NCBI RefSeq assembly: GCF_009914755.1
Contig: NC_060939.1
Source: the human T2T-CHM13v2.0 reference genome, Homo sapiens
Strand: one strand, 5' to 3'
DNA length: 64,000 nucleotides
Made by a program: the position numbers and the translations under genes. Positions 37,110 to 52,974 of the stretch are shown here, one piece after another. The notes below the pieces were generated by a model. That model was not told the origin of the DNA. It was given only the letters and a program-made list of their open reading frames with translations, and ran no database searches. Each line of letters opens with the position of its first letter. Positions within the stretch are counted from its first letter, which is position 1.

Positions 37110-37751
37110 ATGTTTCATTATAATAGAATGATTTATATTCCTATGAGTATATACCCAGGAATGAGATTGCTGGGTGAAATGGCAATTCTGGTTCTAGGTC
37201 TTTTAGGAATTGCCACACTGTCTTCCACAATGGTTGAACTAATTTACATTCCCACCAACAGTGTAAAAGCATTCCTATCGCGTCTGTTTTTTGCTTCACT
37301 ATTCACAATAGCACAGACATGGAATCAACCCAAATGCCCATCAATGATAGACTAGAAAAAGAAAATGTGGTACCTATACACCATGGAATACTATGCGGTC
37401 ATAGAAAGGAACAAGATCATGTCCTTTGCAGGGACATAGATGGAGCTGGAAGCCACTGTCCTTAGCAAACTAACACAGGAACAGAAAACCAAACACCGCA
37501 TGTTCTCACTTCTAAGTGGAAGCTGAATAATGAGAACACAAGCACACAGGGAGGGGAACAAAACACACTGGGACCTACTGGGGGGTTGGGGGGAAGGAGA
37601 GCATCAGGATAAATAGCTAGTGCATGGGGGCCTTAAAACCTAGGTGATAGGTTGATAGGGGTAGCAAACCACCATGACACACGTTTACCTATGTAACAAA
37701 CCTGCACGTCCTGCACATGTATCCCAGAACTTAAAATTTTTTTAAAAAAAA
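37110..37751 (+). mobile_element. L1PA 3' end with 5' inversion (antisense 37110-37278, sense 37279-37751)
   Basis: The two pieces are adjacent in L1 ORF2-end/3' UTR consensus but lie in opposite orientation. Confidence 0.85.
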
Positions 37752-38291
37752 TTACATTTCACCTTTTTTAAAACAGAGTGTTGTCATGCTATATCATGTG
37801 GATCCCATCATTATAGGCATTATGTACTCTAATAAGATGGCAAGAGAAAAAATGTTTAAGCTGTTCAGGCTGGAGGTAAAATGGAAGAGTTGAGGCTGGC
37901 CTTGGCTGACAGTCAGTTGAGTCTGGACTCTGGCCCTACCTGGCCATGTCTATGGATAAGTTTCTGAACTTCTTTTCTTCAAAATATAACCAGGCTAAGA
38001 GCAGCCTGATGGGAGTCCGACTGAGCAGGGTTTGAATCCCAGCTTTGCCATTTAGCATGATGAGATGTGAGTTAAGTTACTTAATTCAAGCCCCACGTCC
38101 TCATCTTTAAATGCAGACAACAGTATCTACCTTCAGGTTGTTGTCAGGATTAATATAATTTATGTAAAGTATTTTACCCAACATTTGGCATATATTTGTA
38201 TACAGTAATTGGCGTATCTTTGGTATAAAATAAATGTTACAAAACATGAGTATTTTCCTTGTTATTGGTGTGGTACCTTGCATTTTCAAGT

Positions 38292-38647
38292 TGTCTTAGT
38301 CCATTCACATTACTATAAAAAAACACCTTAGACAGGATAATTTAGACAACTATAAAACAGAAATTTATTGCTCACAGTTCTGGAGGGTGGGAGTTTAAGA
38401 CTGAAGTGTCAGCAGATTTGGTGTCTGGCGAGAGCTTGCTCTCTACTTCATAGATGGTGACTTCTGTGCTTCCTTACTTGGTGGAAGGGGCTAGGGAGAT
38501 TTTGGAGGCCTCTTTTATAAAGGCACCAATCCCATTCATGAGGGCTCTGCCAGTCACATTCTAAAGCCTTCATCTCTTAATACTATTGCATTGGAGATTA
38601 AGTTTCAACACATGAATTTTAGAGACACAAACATTTAGACCATAGCA
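38292..38647 (-). mobile_element. MLT1A-like solo LTR
   Basis: tgtcttagtcc...atttattgctcacagttctggagg...ccatagca. Confidence 0.82.
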
Positions 38648-38941
38648 CAAGTCGACATGTTTCTCTTTTGTTTAGATTTGCTGAGAGAGAGAAATGGAGA
38701 GACAGATTGAGATTCAGTAAAGGGTAAAGTTACTGAAGTTGTAAAAGTATATTCAAGAGCATTATATGGGAAATGTATAGGGCATTGCAGCAAATAAAAT
38801 ATAATATGGATACTGTGAATGATTTCTAAAAATTCAAGTTTACAAAATACATATTTTGAAGACTTGAACTGTTTGAAACATTTAATCCTTGTAGATCATG
38901 AGTGGAAGAACAGATTCTCTAAGTAGTGAAGAGAAATAGAG

Positions 38942-39457
38942 CAGTGGTCCCCAACCTTTTTGGCATCAAGGACTGGTTTTGTGGAAGACAATTTTTTTCA
39001 CAGACATGGTGGTGGTGGGGATGGTTTCAGAATGATTCAAGCCCATTACATTTATTGTGCACTTTATTTCTATTATTATTACTTTGTAACATATAATGAA
39101 ATAGTTATACGACTGACCATAATGTAGAATCCCTGGGAGCCCTGAGCTTGTTTTCCTGCAACTAGATGTTCCCACCTGGGGGCAATGGGAGACAGTGACA
39201 GATCATCGGTCATTAGATTCTCATAAGGAGCACACAACCTAGATCCCTTGCATGCTTAGTTCACAATAGGGTTCATGCTCCTATGAGAATCTAATGCTGC
39301 TGCTGATCTGACAGGAGGAGGAGCTCAGGGGGTAACACGAGCCATGAGGAGCAGCTGTAAATACAGATGAAGCTTCGCTCACTCAGCCGCCACTCACCTC
39401 CTGCTGTGGAGCCCAGTTCCTAACAGCTATGGACTAGTATGGGTTTGGAGAGCCCTG
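38942..39457 (+). mobile_element. MER1A (hAT-Charlie) non-autonomous DNA transposon
   Basis: Termini cagtggtccccaacc...gagccctg; perfect 8-bp TSD aaatagag (38934-38941, 39458-39465). Confidence 0.92.
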
Positions 39458-40125
39458 AAATAGAGGATATCCAGCAAGCCTTTTAAAAGAGTGAATTATT
39501 CCATTCCAACCTCTGGAATATAAAAGATAAATAGTCTCTCAGGAATTCACACTGTGTGGCCTTTTGCATTAAAGCAATCACCTAAGTTATCTGGAGCTTC
39601 ATGTACATGGGTCAGATGTTGCTGGCATTGTCCTAACTCTGCATGGCTGCTCTCAAATCAGTCCTTCATCACCTCCATGAGATTCATGCCGTGAGACCCT
39701 AATTTCCTTCATTTTTTCAAAGATGTCTATCTTCCAGGAGGACACATCTGCATTTTTAAGGAAAACTCTGGCTACAGGCCATCAGATGATTTTCCCCTTG
39801 CCAACACTCTGGGTAACGTTAGCGCATTTGTGCAAAATACATTCAACACCCTGGCCTTACACCTTTTGATCTCCTTATCTTCAATAACATGTATTTCTAC
39901 TCTAATTTAGGCACCCACATTCATTGCCTCATCAGGAATGATGATATCTTCTGTAGTTATTCACATTGTATTTTTGAATTCCAGTGGCCCTCTCACCTTT
40001 GACTTCAATACCTGATTCTTTTAGTTCTTTAAAATTTTTATTTTCTCTTCACACATTATTTGATCTCCTGCAGAACACTATTTTCTTCCACCTTTGCCTC
40101 AGTTATTTACCAAATATCTCTCCTT

Positions 40126-40428
<303 letters not shown>

Positions 40429-41408
40429 AACCAAATATCTCTTAAGCACCTCAAGTGCTTTACAACATGGAATGCCAGAATACACCAATTCCAAGCCAAA
40501 TCTACACAGGAGTGAAAAATTCTGTTTAGATAAATGCAACTATTCAAACACATGCTTTCAAATAACACTTCCTCCTTAGTGCTGAGGGCCATCTTGATAC
40601 TTTGTTAAAATGATTCAATCAAGAGACAGAATAGAGAGATTGAGGGAGAGTGTGATGCTTTCTTTAATGCCCTGATCCTGAGTTAGATGTATCAGCAGTG
40701 TGTCCTGGAGCTTTTTCTAAACCTCCTGTTTCCACATCTACCACCTTCTATCACACTGGATTCTTTACATAGTTTCCACCACGACACTGTAAATGTTAAG
40801 GATGTCAAATCAAGATTGAATCTTGGTTTTTCCATTGCCTTTATATTATAGCAAAGTACCTGGTACATAGTTTATAGTTAATAACTATCATCTAAGTGGA
40901 TTAGTTACCCTACATTATCTTCCCAAATAAATGCCAATTTCAAATAAATACCAAATTTTGCCAACTCTCTATTCAAACCCACATCTTTCATTTTCAGGAA
41001 AAGACATATTCTCTTTAATGAAAATAAGGACATAAAGTATCACCTACCATTATGTAGCCAGTCCCACCCTCCTATAAACTTACCTATAATTGGGTGATGA
41101 GTGATCCTTCCTCTTAATTAATGTAATTTTTCACTTGTAGAATTGATCTAGCTCATGCCTTCCATTATATCTTGTATCTTTCCCCATTTGTTATTGTGTC
41201 TCATATCTCTGCCTTCAGCCCTTCCCACTTCTCTATCTCTTATTTTGCCTGTAAACATGATTGAGGCAAAATGATTGAGGTAGAATGACATAACCAAAAA
41301 GAGGGTAATTTCAGAATTTCATTCCAATGTGAGAGAGCTCCAGTGGGCCCTTTTATCTTCTAAAATCACCCTCTTTTTTGTTATGCTATTCTCTAGCTTC
41401 CAACTACA

Positions 41409-41537
41409 TTTTTTTTTAAAGAGGTGGGGTCTCGCTACATTGACCAGGCTGGTCTTGAAATCCTGACCTCAAGTGATCCTCCCATCTTAGCCTCCCCAAG
41501 TGCTGGGATTACAGGCGTGATCCATCACAGCCAGGCC
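41409..41537 (-). mobile_element. FLAM-C-like Alu monomer
   Basis: Single left arm, TSD ccaactac. Confidence 0.82.
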
Positions 41538-41744
41538 CCAACTACTATCTTGCTGACCCTTTTCTAATTCTCTTCTTTTGAAAGGAGTTTTCAATTTGCT
41601 ACTTTACTTCCTAATATCCCATTCATGCATCAACCCAATGTAGAGTAGCTTCTATTCTAATTACTCTACCAAAGCTGTTCTTCCATACCGTTCACTCCTT
41701 TCACTCAAAGTACCCCATATTTTTGAAGAATGGTATCATTCATG

Positions 41745-42180
41745 ATACAATGTTCTCTAGTAAGCAGATTTGGACATGGAGATATATACTAGGGAGTGCC
41801 CTTGGATTACTACCTGTGAAAAGGAGAAGAAGGAAGCTGGATTGAGGGAAAGGGAAAAAGCTGGGCTGAAAAGAAGTCCTGGACCACAGCTTTGGCTCAT
41901 CTCACAGGGGACTTTGAAGATAAAATGGCCCACTGGCATCCTTTCACATTGCAATGACATGACTGAGTCTTTATAGGCCCCAAGTCCCCTCCCCACCTCT
42001 TTCACCTGCCTCCTTGCCTCACCTCAATCAGTCGTTGCATATGCGCCACAACTGGGAACCTCAGGACCTTAGGCAGGGGGAAGCTCTGCAGCTGAGGTGA
42101 CGTCTGAAGGGGCTCACAGCTGAGTCCTGTCTACTGACACAGCTCTCAGGGAGGACCTAGGTGATGCATCTCTGTGTGTA
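41745..42180. mobile_element. Ancient ERVL-class LTR relic (subfamily uncertain)
   Basis: agggagtgcccttggattactacctgtg...aaggaagctggattg resembles old ERVL LTRs. Confidence 0.5.
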
Positions 42181-43150
42181 TCATATATATGAGTAATGAT
42201 ATTAGAGGTTTTATAATTTAACCTTTTTTCTCCTTTTTATCTTTAATCTTCACTGTATTTCAGTCATGGTCTTCAGGTTTCAAAGTGACCTTTAAGATTC
42301 AGCAAAGAATATACAGCTTTTTAAACATGGGGAATAAAACAAGAACAATGTGATAGCATAGTGTAATGGTGCCATAGAAATAAACAATAAAAAAGAATTT
42401 AAAGAGAGAACCAGGAGTCAATTTCATAAATGCCACCATTACATTACTTAGGTTAAGCTTTTGAATTTATCTAGAGAAATGTCATTGGCCAAAACATTAA
42501 CATTTATAGAGGAATGCAAAAGTGCAAAATTAAAGTTCCTAAGAATCAAGTCCAGAAAAATAGAAAATGTGTAAAGGCTATTGTTCTCAGTTTGGCAAAT
42601 AAAATTAAAAAAATAAGCAAATCCAGAACTGGCTAATTTCAAATAACGTTTCTAGTATTTCCCACACATTTTTTTTACATATTTTAAAATCACTAATACA
42701 GCATTACATTTTTAAAAGGCATATTTCAATACCTTACCTTGAAATCATAAGATGCATTTGTTCAATGAAATCTTACAGTAAAGCAGCATAAAAAATATAA
42801 ATTGTACAGTGTGATATAAATGCAAACTATTTGATGTTCAATTTAATCATTTTTTTCAGGAACCTAAATGTTAGTTATTTATTATTACTTTAACGACTTA
42901 ATATTAATTACAATGAAAAGAATATTGCCTTTGAGATCTTCCATTAATGATTCAGTTCCCAGGCCCTGATTTCTTTATAAACTTCTAAATTCTTAAGAGA
43001 GAAATGTACTTGGCTCAAATTTAATCATGTTAGAATACAGGTTCTGTATCAACTTAGTTTTTGTAGACACTATATGATATAAGAAGACAATGTTTAATTT
43101 TATGTCAATTTCTTGCATAAACTTGTTCAATTAATTCATTCAATAAATAG

Positions 43151-43480
<330 letters not shown>

Positions 43481-43699
43481 ATCCCAGGTACTATTAAAAG
43501 CACTGTTATTATATGGTGAAAAAGACGGACGGGGTCCCAGTACATACTTTATATGGAACATACTGATGTCTTTTCTAAAACCTCTAGTCTCTGATTTGCC
43601 TATATAAAGAGTGACAAGTTTTATTTTTACTTTCTGCAAAAATTCAGTTTCTTGTTGTTTTATCATCATACATACAACTTTTATTCAAATATTCATCTA

Positions 43700-43909
<210 letters not shown>

Positions 43910-43944
43910 TTAAAAAGAAAACTCGATATTAGGGATTTCACAGT

Positions 43945-44300
43945 GCTGTAGACTGAATGATAGTGCCCCCCAAAATTCAGCTGTTGAAATGTAACACCCA
44001 TATGATGATATTTGCAGGTGGGACCTTAGAGGGAGGGGATTAGATCATGACGGTAGAGCCCTCATGAATGGGATTAGTGCACTTATAAAAGAGTCCCCGG
44101 AGAGACTCTTGCCCCTTTCACCAAGTGAGGATGCAGGGAAGAGATGGCAATTCATGAATCAAGAAGCAGGTCCTCACCAACTCTTACGGCACTTTGATCT
44201 AGGACTTCCTGCCCTCTAGAACTGTGAACAACAAATTTCTATTGCCTATAATCCACCAATTTATGGTATTTTGTTATAGCTGTTTAAATAGATTAAGACA
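43945..44300 (+). mobile_element. MLT1A-like LTR (second fragment at 44560-44812)
   Basis: gactgaatg...agagccctcatgaatgggattagtgc...taagaca. Confidence 0.8.
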
Positions 44301-44982
44301 CCTAGGATGGGAAACCCATTAATACTGTAATAGAGAGATGAGCTTTCTCTTCCTCTAACTACTTTTAAAGTCTAAGATAATTAGGAAATGATGTTTTGTG
44401 TAGCTATATTTTGATTTAAAATTATCTGCCTCAATTAGTGATGAACTAACTTGATTTTGTGCCTGAGTTTTAATAACTGTGATATTTTGAATCAATGTGA
44501 GTTATTTGATCAGTTCAAAATATCCAAAAAAAATTTGTCTGGTTAAGATCATGTGCATCTCCATGATGGGATTAGTGTTCTTATAGGAAGAGAAAGTGAG
44601 ACCATAGCTCTCTGTCTTTCTCTATTTTGTGCCATGTGAAGACATTGTCAGAAGGCAGGAGCCTGTAGTCTAGGAAGGGGGCTTTCACCAGGGACTGAAT
44701 CTGCCCGAACCTTGTGGAGGATTTCCCAGCCTCCAAAACTGTGAGAAACAAATGTGTGTTGAAGACACCAGTCTCTGGTATTCTGTTATGGCAGCTTGAG
44801 CTGCCTAAGATACAATGATAATATAAAAATATTAACAAGATTAGCCTGGGCACCATAAGAAGACCCCAGCTTTAAAAGTAATACAAATAATAATAATAAC
44901 AACAAACTAAAACATTTTGAAATTTTAAGTGATAATTTTTCATTAGATACAGAATCACCTACTTAGAAAAATACAGATCCCA

Positions 44983-45290
44983 GGGCAGGGCGCAGTGGCT
45001 CAGCCTGTAATCCCAGCACTCTGGGAGGCCGAGGCGGGCGGAACACGAGGTCAGGAGATCAAGACCATCCTGGCTAACACGGTGAAACCCCGTGTCTACT
45101 AAAAATACGAAAAATCAGCAGGGCGTGGTGGCGGGCGCCTGTAGTCCCAGCTACCCGGGAGGCTGAGGCAGGAGAATGGCATGAACCTGAGAGGCGAAGC
45201 GTGCAGTTGAGCTGACATCGTGCCACTGCACTCCAGCCTGGGCGACAGAGCGAGACTCCGTCTCAAAAAAAAAGAAAAAGAAAGAAAGAA
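44983..45290 (+). mobile_element. AluY
   Basis: TSD atacagatccca. Confidence 0.9.
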
Positions 45291-45489
45291 AGATACAGAT
45301 CCCAAACTCTATTATACTTAATATTTCTTCTAAAATGTTCATCATTTTGAGGATTAAGATTTCTTAATGCATCTGTACAAACACACATGCATATATTCAC
45401 ACAAATAACTATAGTCATTTTATCAACGTTTTGTTTTGACTTATTTATTTAAAAATATTAAATGTATTTTATAAATGAAGAATGCGTGT

Positions 45490-45667
45490 ATTTATTTATT
45501 TATTTATTTATTTTTATTTTTATTTTGAGACGGAGTCTTGCTCTTTCGCCCAGGATGGAGTGCAGTGGCGTGATCTCCGCTCACTGCAGGCTCCGCTTCC
45601 GGGGTTCATGCCATTATCTGGCCTCCAAAAGTGCTGGGATTACAGGCGTGAGCCACTGCTCTGGGCC
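45490..45667 (-). mobile_element. AluY-like with large internal deletion
   Basis: catgccatt joined to atctggcctccaaaagtgctggg. Confidence 0.85.
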
Positions 45668-46522
45668 TCATTCAAGTATATTTATATAGGAATGTCTGAA
45701 ATACTGCCACCTAATGTTTAGCAATTATTTTCATTTCTGAGCAGTAGAATTTGAGTGATTTTTATTACTTTTGATTCTGCAATGTGATGTATTCTTTTTT
45801 TCATAATGTCTTTCGTATTTATTAAAAGGTTAATTAAATCATCCTAAGAATATTTTATGCATATTTTTGTTAAAATAGGATGTTTAACAGTCAAAATTCT
45901 CCATTTACTAAATCTTTCTCAGTCAATGCTTCAGACTTACCTTTTCTACATTTACTAATAAAAAATTTAATTTCAATGTTATATAATAGAAGAACACAGA
46001 GTATCTATTTTAAATTTTACCTCCACAAACATCTTTAACCAGAAAATGAAATAAGCACTTAAAATATCAAATAAAATACTAGTTTTCAGGTCTGTTGCTT
46101 TGAAAATATGCTTCCTCGTTGAGCAATATCTGAATTTTTATTACTATACCAGGGTATAGATGAAATATCTAACTAGTATACTTTTAAATTAAAACTGCAA
46201 AAAATATATAGAGAATTCAGTAGTGCTTATTCAGCATGTAAAACATTTTGCCTATTACATTCTTCATGTTGATGGTAGCTATGGCTAAAGTTTGTAGATA
46301 CTTGGTTTCGTTAGCTTTTAGAGTTGCTTAGGTTAAATATGCTATAATATACCAGTCCCTGCTGGCTTTGAACTACTTCGAATTCTTAGAAGTGAAGTAA
46401 CATAGTACAAACCTATAGAAAATATGATAAATGTACCACGAATGACACAAAATATTTTCTGCAGGTCACATAAGGAGTCATTCTCTATTTTGTCAATTTC
46501 CTTAGTTAATTCAAAAGCTCCC

Positions 46523-46855
<333 letters not shown>

Positions 46856-47275
46856 TCAATCAAGAATTTCACCCCCAACAGTGAAAAAAAAATGTGAAAG
46901 CAGTCAGGTTTTAGTCACTGTAAATCACAATTTCAATTCCACCCCATCCAAAGAAAGCTATGTATGTCCTTCTCATTCCAAATACATACAGGCCATGAGT
47001 TAATAATCTTTCATTCTTCTAAAATACCAACAGATTTGCTTTTTTACTTTCATTTGTAGTTTATAGTACTCACAATTAAATTGACCCAAATGTTTTTGAG
47101 GTATGTATCTAAATATATATATATACATGGATCAAAGGTCAATGCTATTGTCTATGCATTAGCCACTCCCATTTATGAGAATTTTCTAAACTTGTTGCTT
47201 TATATCTCTTAAATGGTGTCAGTTGGCCACATTTATTTCCTGAGAAACAACTGAGCAGCTGACAATGAAAATGAA

Positions 47276-47378
47276 GCTCTCTGCATTCCTCTTAGGCATA
47301 CTGCATACATCTTAGGCTCTCTGCATTCCTCTTAGGCATACTGCATACATCTTAGGCTCTCTGGATGCCTCTTAGGCA
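47276..47378 (+). repeat. 20-bp minisatellite with 40-bp dimeric higher-order pattern (A-B-A-B-A')
   Basis: A=gctctctgcattcctcttag, B=gcatactgcatacatcttag. Confidence 0.92.
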
Positions 47379-49832
47379 CTTAACGCTTACATGTATTTGT
47401 ATCTCATTACATAGTGATACAGTCCTAAAATAAAGTAAATAATGAGTTATTTTCTAGACTAATTTGATGAGGCTTTTATTTGATAACAAATTAAAATTAT
47501 GCCACCAGATGCCTATACTTTGACTTATAAAATGTGTTGTGTCCTGCATGGGCAAACAGAAAGTGCAGAAATTGAACGGCTGCCTGGTAAAATTACCTAA
47601 ATCCACAATGCCACTGGACAACATTGAACTAGATATTTAAATAAGTGAAAGTAATCAAGTAGTTGAGTTCACTGATAAAATTATACTTGGAATCTTACAT
47701 CATTCCCAGATTAATATATACAATGTATATCAAATGTCATTGCTATGGGAATGGAAACTGTTACACATGAGGCTAAATTTTTATAAAGAATTTTTTTTTC
47801 CTCTAGAACTGACCTTGAGAAACTTGATATCCTCTGTTTATGGCAAGTCTTAAGAAAATGTCAACCCAATGTCAAAGGATAATTAATTTTTTTAAAGAAA
47901 AGAAAATTAATGGTTCTCATACAAATGTAAAATGAATATATGTTCATGATTTTATTTAACTGATTAATAAATAAGAGTACCACAGGATGTTCTGACTGGT
48001 TCAAAGGAGAATACAAAGAGCAGAGAATATACAGGCAGACATTCATGCTGAAATGAATTTGCTTAATAAAGGCAAAATTAGCCAATATCTATAGGGTGAC
48101 AGTCAAATATATCTACACTGGATAATTTGTATTTTCATGGACAGGAATTATTTGCAATTTACACAGTTGTGAAATAGGTAAAACAAACAAAAAGTGAAAG
48201 GTTCAGAAACCCCATACAATCAGTTAAACTAACATTTAGTTTTCCACTGAAAATAGTAATTTTTTGAGACCATTTCAAAGTTTTTCTTAATTTTTCTCTG
48301 CTCTAAAAAAGTCTATAAATTATTTCCAATGAACATTAGAGCTTTTTCTTTGTTGAATTAGTATTTTAAAAAATTTATGGAAGGAGACAGAGCATAAAAG
48401 CAGTCGCCAAGTTTATCAATTAAGTCGGTACGATTACAAATCCCAATTGAGAAATATTTTTAAGTATATTTTTCTTTCCAAGACAAATAGACATTAAACA
48501 GTCCTAATGTTAATATCCTTTATGTTACATATATATGTATAGATGTATAAGTATATGTATATCCTCATGTATATAAAAAGGTACAAACACATAGTTATTT
48601 CAGAGAATTATTTATGCAAATGTGTTGGGTTTTCTTTTTGTGAAGCTATGTTATCAAGAAGTTATTCTTGTTTTACAGAAAATAAAACAGCTCTAGCTCT
48701 TTGTATCATAAGATAAATATCTGTTTATAAATATCAGTATTTTCTAATACTTCTAATGTACTCTTTTGGAGGTAATGGTATATGAAACCCTATAAGAGCA
48801 ATTCTACTTCATTAATTAATTCGGAAGAAACACAAGTTTTTAAGGCCCAGTGTATACCAACAATTGACAAAGTCATTAAGGTAGACAAAGATGGGCAGAG
48901 CCTGGGCTTTGGCTATGAATGTTAGAAAATGAATCACTGAAAGTAAAACATGTTTAAAAGATTAAAATAACAGAAAATGGTTTGAAATTAAATTCAGTTA
49001 TTGGCCATCAATTGGTCAGAAAGAGTAATTAAGAATTAGTCAAAGCTTTTTTCTCTTCATTTAGGTCAAATATGTCATAAAAATAGTCAATTTTAGCTTA
49101 TTATAAGTCGATTATGTCAAAATGGTTGAACGACATGTCATTGAAATTAATCTTTAGCTTGTAATGCTATCATTTCAGTTTTAATTAATATTGGGGCCAA
49201 AATGTTCATTAGATACTGTTTTTAATGATCAGTTTTTATGCAAATGATTTATATAAGTCAGAACTTCAATTCAATGTTTGGTAGCTGTTTGATTTTTAGG
49301 ACATTATATATTGAAATGTACACTGATTATCCTAAAGTTGTAAATATTTAAGAAACTTTTCAGCAAAAAGTCTAAAATAAAGATATATTTATATTATTTC
49401 CAAAACAGAAAATTTAAATTGATTCCCTAGTCAAAGAAACTGTTTGTAAATAAAATGTAACAAGCTATATATTGCTTGGCCCCCAGACATTTTAAAGTCA
49501 CTTTTCCTTTTTATATACATGTTCTAATATTATAAACAGTGAGCTCAGAAATATCCTAGTTTGTCTTTTGTGTATTTTCAGCAGATTGTGCTGTTTCAAA
49601 TTCTATTATTTTACTCCAATTCTTTTGTTCACATATTGCTGTTTTGCTAGCGTTTTTCATATTTTAAAATACATTACTATATTGTATATAGTAATATTGT
49701 GTTTCTATTTCTCTTTCTTCATGTTTTATTTTGTTCCATAACCTTTGGCTTGTCCTTTTTATTCCATATTCCCATTTGTAGGTGTAGTTTTCAAAGGTGC
49801 TTTTCTTATTTACACAAACATAAGACTTTTGT

Positions 49833-50184
<352 letters not shown>

Positions 50185-50499
50185 TCAAACATTTCTTAAA
50201 AATGAGGTTTTTCTGAGTTGGGAACCAGAGTCATCTTCTATTGCCTGATGCAATAGGCATTGAGAATAGAACTTGTGACAACTCTCTATGCATTAACAAT
50301 AGAAAAAATGGGATAAGATAGAGGCAAGGAACATACATTCAGGGAGCAAGAAGAAACACTGAGGAACTAATAGAAATTGTGCTTATCAAAATAAACTTAC
50401 CAAGGTATGGTACCAATTCTCCTTTTTTTGTTCAGTCCATAATAGAGTTCTTAATGCTTTCAATTTTTTTCTTATTAATAATTTTCCTAAATATATTTT

Positions 50500-50803
50500 A
50501 TTTGTTTGTTTGTTTGTTTTTTACATGGTGTCTCGCTTCATCACCGAGGCTGGAGTGCAGTGGCGCGATCTCGGCTTACTGCACCCTCCGCCTTGTGGGT
50601 TCAAGCAATTCTCCTGTCTCACCCACCTGAGTAGCTGGGACTACAGGTGCCCGCCACCACACCTGGCTCATTTTCGTATTTTTAGTAGAGACAGTATTTC
50701 ACCTTGTTGGTCAGGCTGGTCTGAACTCCTGACCTCAGGTGATCCACCCGCTTCGGCCTCCTAAAGTGATGGTATTACTTCTGTGAGCTACTGCGCCTGG
50801 CCC
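50500..50803 (-). mobile_element. AluS
   Basis: Alu consensus, (TTTG)n tail. Confidence 0.88.
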
Positions 50804-52598
50804 TAAATCTATTATTTAAAAATCCACCTGTACAATTGGTATTCACAGAAATCTCCCATATATGTTATTATTTTATTCTCATAACTCTCTATGCCAAGTA
50901 TAGATACATTATTGATGTGGAAAATTAGATCACAGAGATAAAGTGACTTTCCCAAGGTCAGTGCAGAAAGGGAAAAGTGAAAATTTGAAATTGTACCTGA
51001 AGAGTAAGAGCAAAGGGGTTAAGGAGTTATTCATAGATCTTTGTGCCTCAGAGGTCCTTACTGAGAGTTTTAATCCAAATGGTTTGGTAAATTTGGGGCG
51101 ACAGGTATAACATGGCTTATGTGATGCTTAGAGTGTTTTGGAACCATCAAGATCTTTGCAATGGCATCACAGATAACAACCCCATCATCTTGTAAAACAT
51201 GGACATGTTGGGAAACAATGTTTTAGTTCAGTCATTGAACTGACCCAAACTTCTGTGTTCATATTGTTATAGACCTCATAATTGTTAAGGTATAAAGAAG
51301 CATCAGAAGTTTTGTTTTTGTTTTTAATTACAAAGGAGTTAGGATATTCCTAACATCCAAAGTGAATTAAAATAATTCACTTTGATGTGAGAAAGAGCTT
51401 CTTGTCTTAGGGACACTGGTGAGGTGAATTCACAACTATGGGTTGTTTTAATTGAATTACATCCTCAGAGCTTTAGTTTTGAGCTCTGAATCTACAATCT
51501 GCATTTTGCAAGTAATCAATGGTATTTATTTAAGTGCTCTTGGTAAAGATAATGTGAATAGAGAAATCTGCTTATTTCTAGCATAAAATTGCTTATTAAG
51601 CAAAATAATAGAGCACTGCAAATTAACTAGTAAAAAATTGAAATCTTTAACTTTCACACCTTCATTTGATATTTACTGAATACTTTGGGGACTAGATTAT
51701 ATGTAATTTAGTTCAACTTTTGTTTAAAATAGGAAAATGAACTTTGAAAATAAGTACTTTTAAAAATATTTTAGAATGCAAGATAGTTTTCATGGAAACT
51801 TTCATGGAATCATATTCTTTATATTTTAGAATCAAGGTATGTTCCTACTTGGTACTTGATCAAGGAAATACCTAAATCAAGAACCATTCCAAATGGCTGT
51901 TTATTAAGTGTGATGGTTTACTAATGTCAACAAAAGTGAAAAAAATTATATTGAAGTATAAACTATAAATAATCTTGTTTAACATATTTATAAATACATT
52001 TTTGCCCATATTTGTATTTTGTACCTATTTATATAAAAAAACAAATATTATCTTTTGTACAAATATTTTAAGATCTGGCAATTTTTTAGCACCCCAGAAA
52101 AATATTTTTCAGGCTCTTAGCTGATGCTGAGAAAAGTCAGTCAGTCTCACATGTTACCATAGATTAATATTGCCTATCTTTGTCTTCATATAAATGGAAG
52201 CATACGGTATTTATTTTTTTCTGGCTTATTTCACTCAAAATTGCATTTGTGAAATCTATTTATGTTATGGACCAGTGTTTCATTCCTTTTTGTTTTGTGT
52301 AGCACCCTGTTGAATGAATATGGAGCTTTCCAATCCATTCTATCCTGATGAACATCCAGGTGTCTCTGTTGAAACTGCTGGTCATAAATTATGTGTTTAA
52401 ATTTAGTAGATAATGATAATTATTTTTCCAAAATAGTTGTATCAACTTAATAACTCATTCAAATATGTGAAGTCCTCCTAACAATCTAAAAAGATGGACT
52501 TCCAATTTCAAATAATAAATACAAAGATTAAGTACTTGAACAGGCAGTATATGCACATTTTTAAACATAAAAGATTGAGTTAAATTTTGAAAAATGTA

Positions 52599-52974
<376 letters not shown>

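Noticed and set aside
47276-47378. CRISPR-like repeat array
   Set aside because: No unique spacers, eukaryotic context; it is a minisatellite
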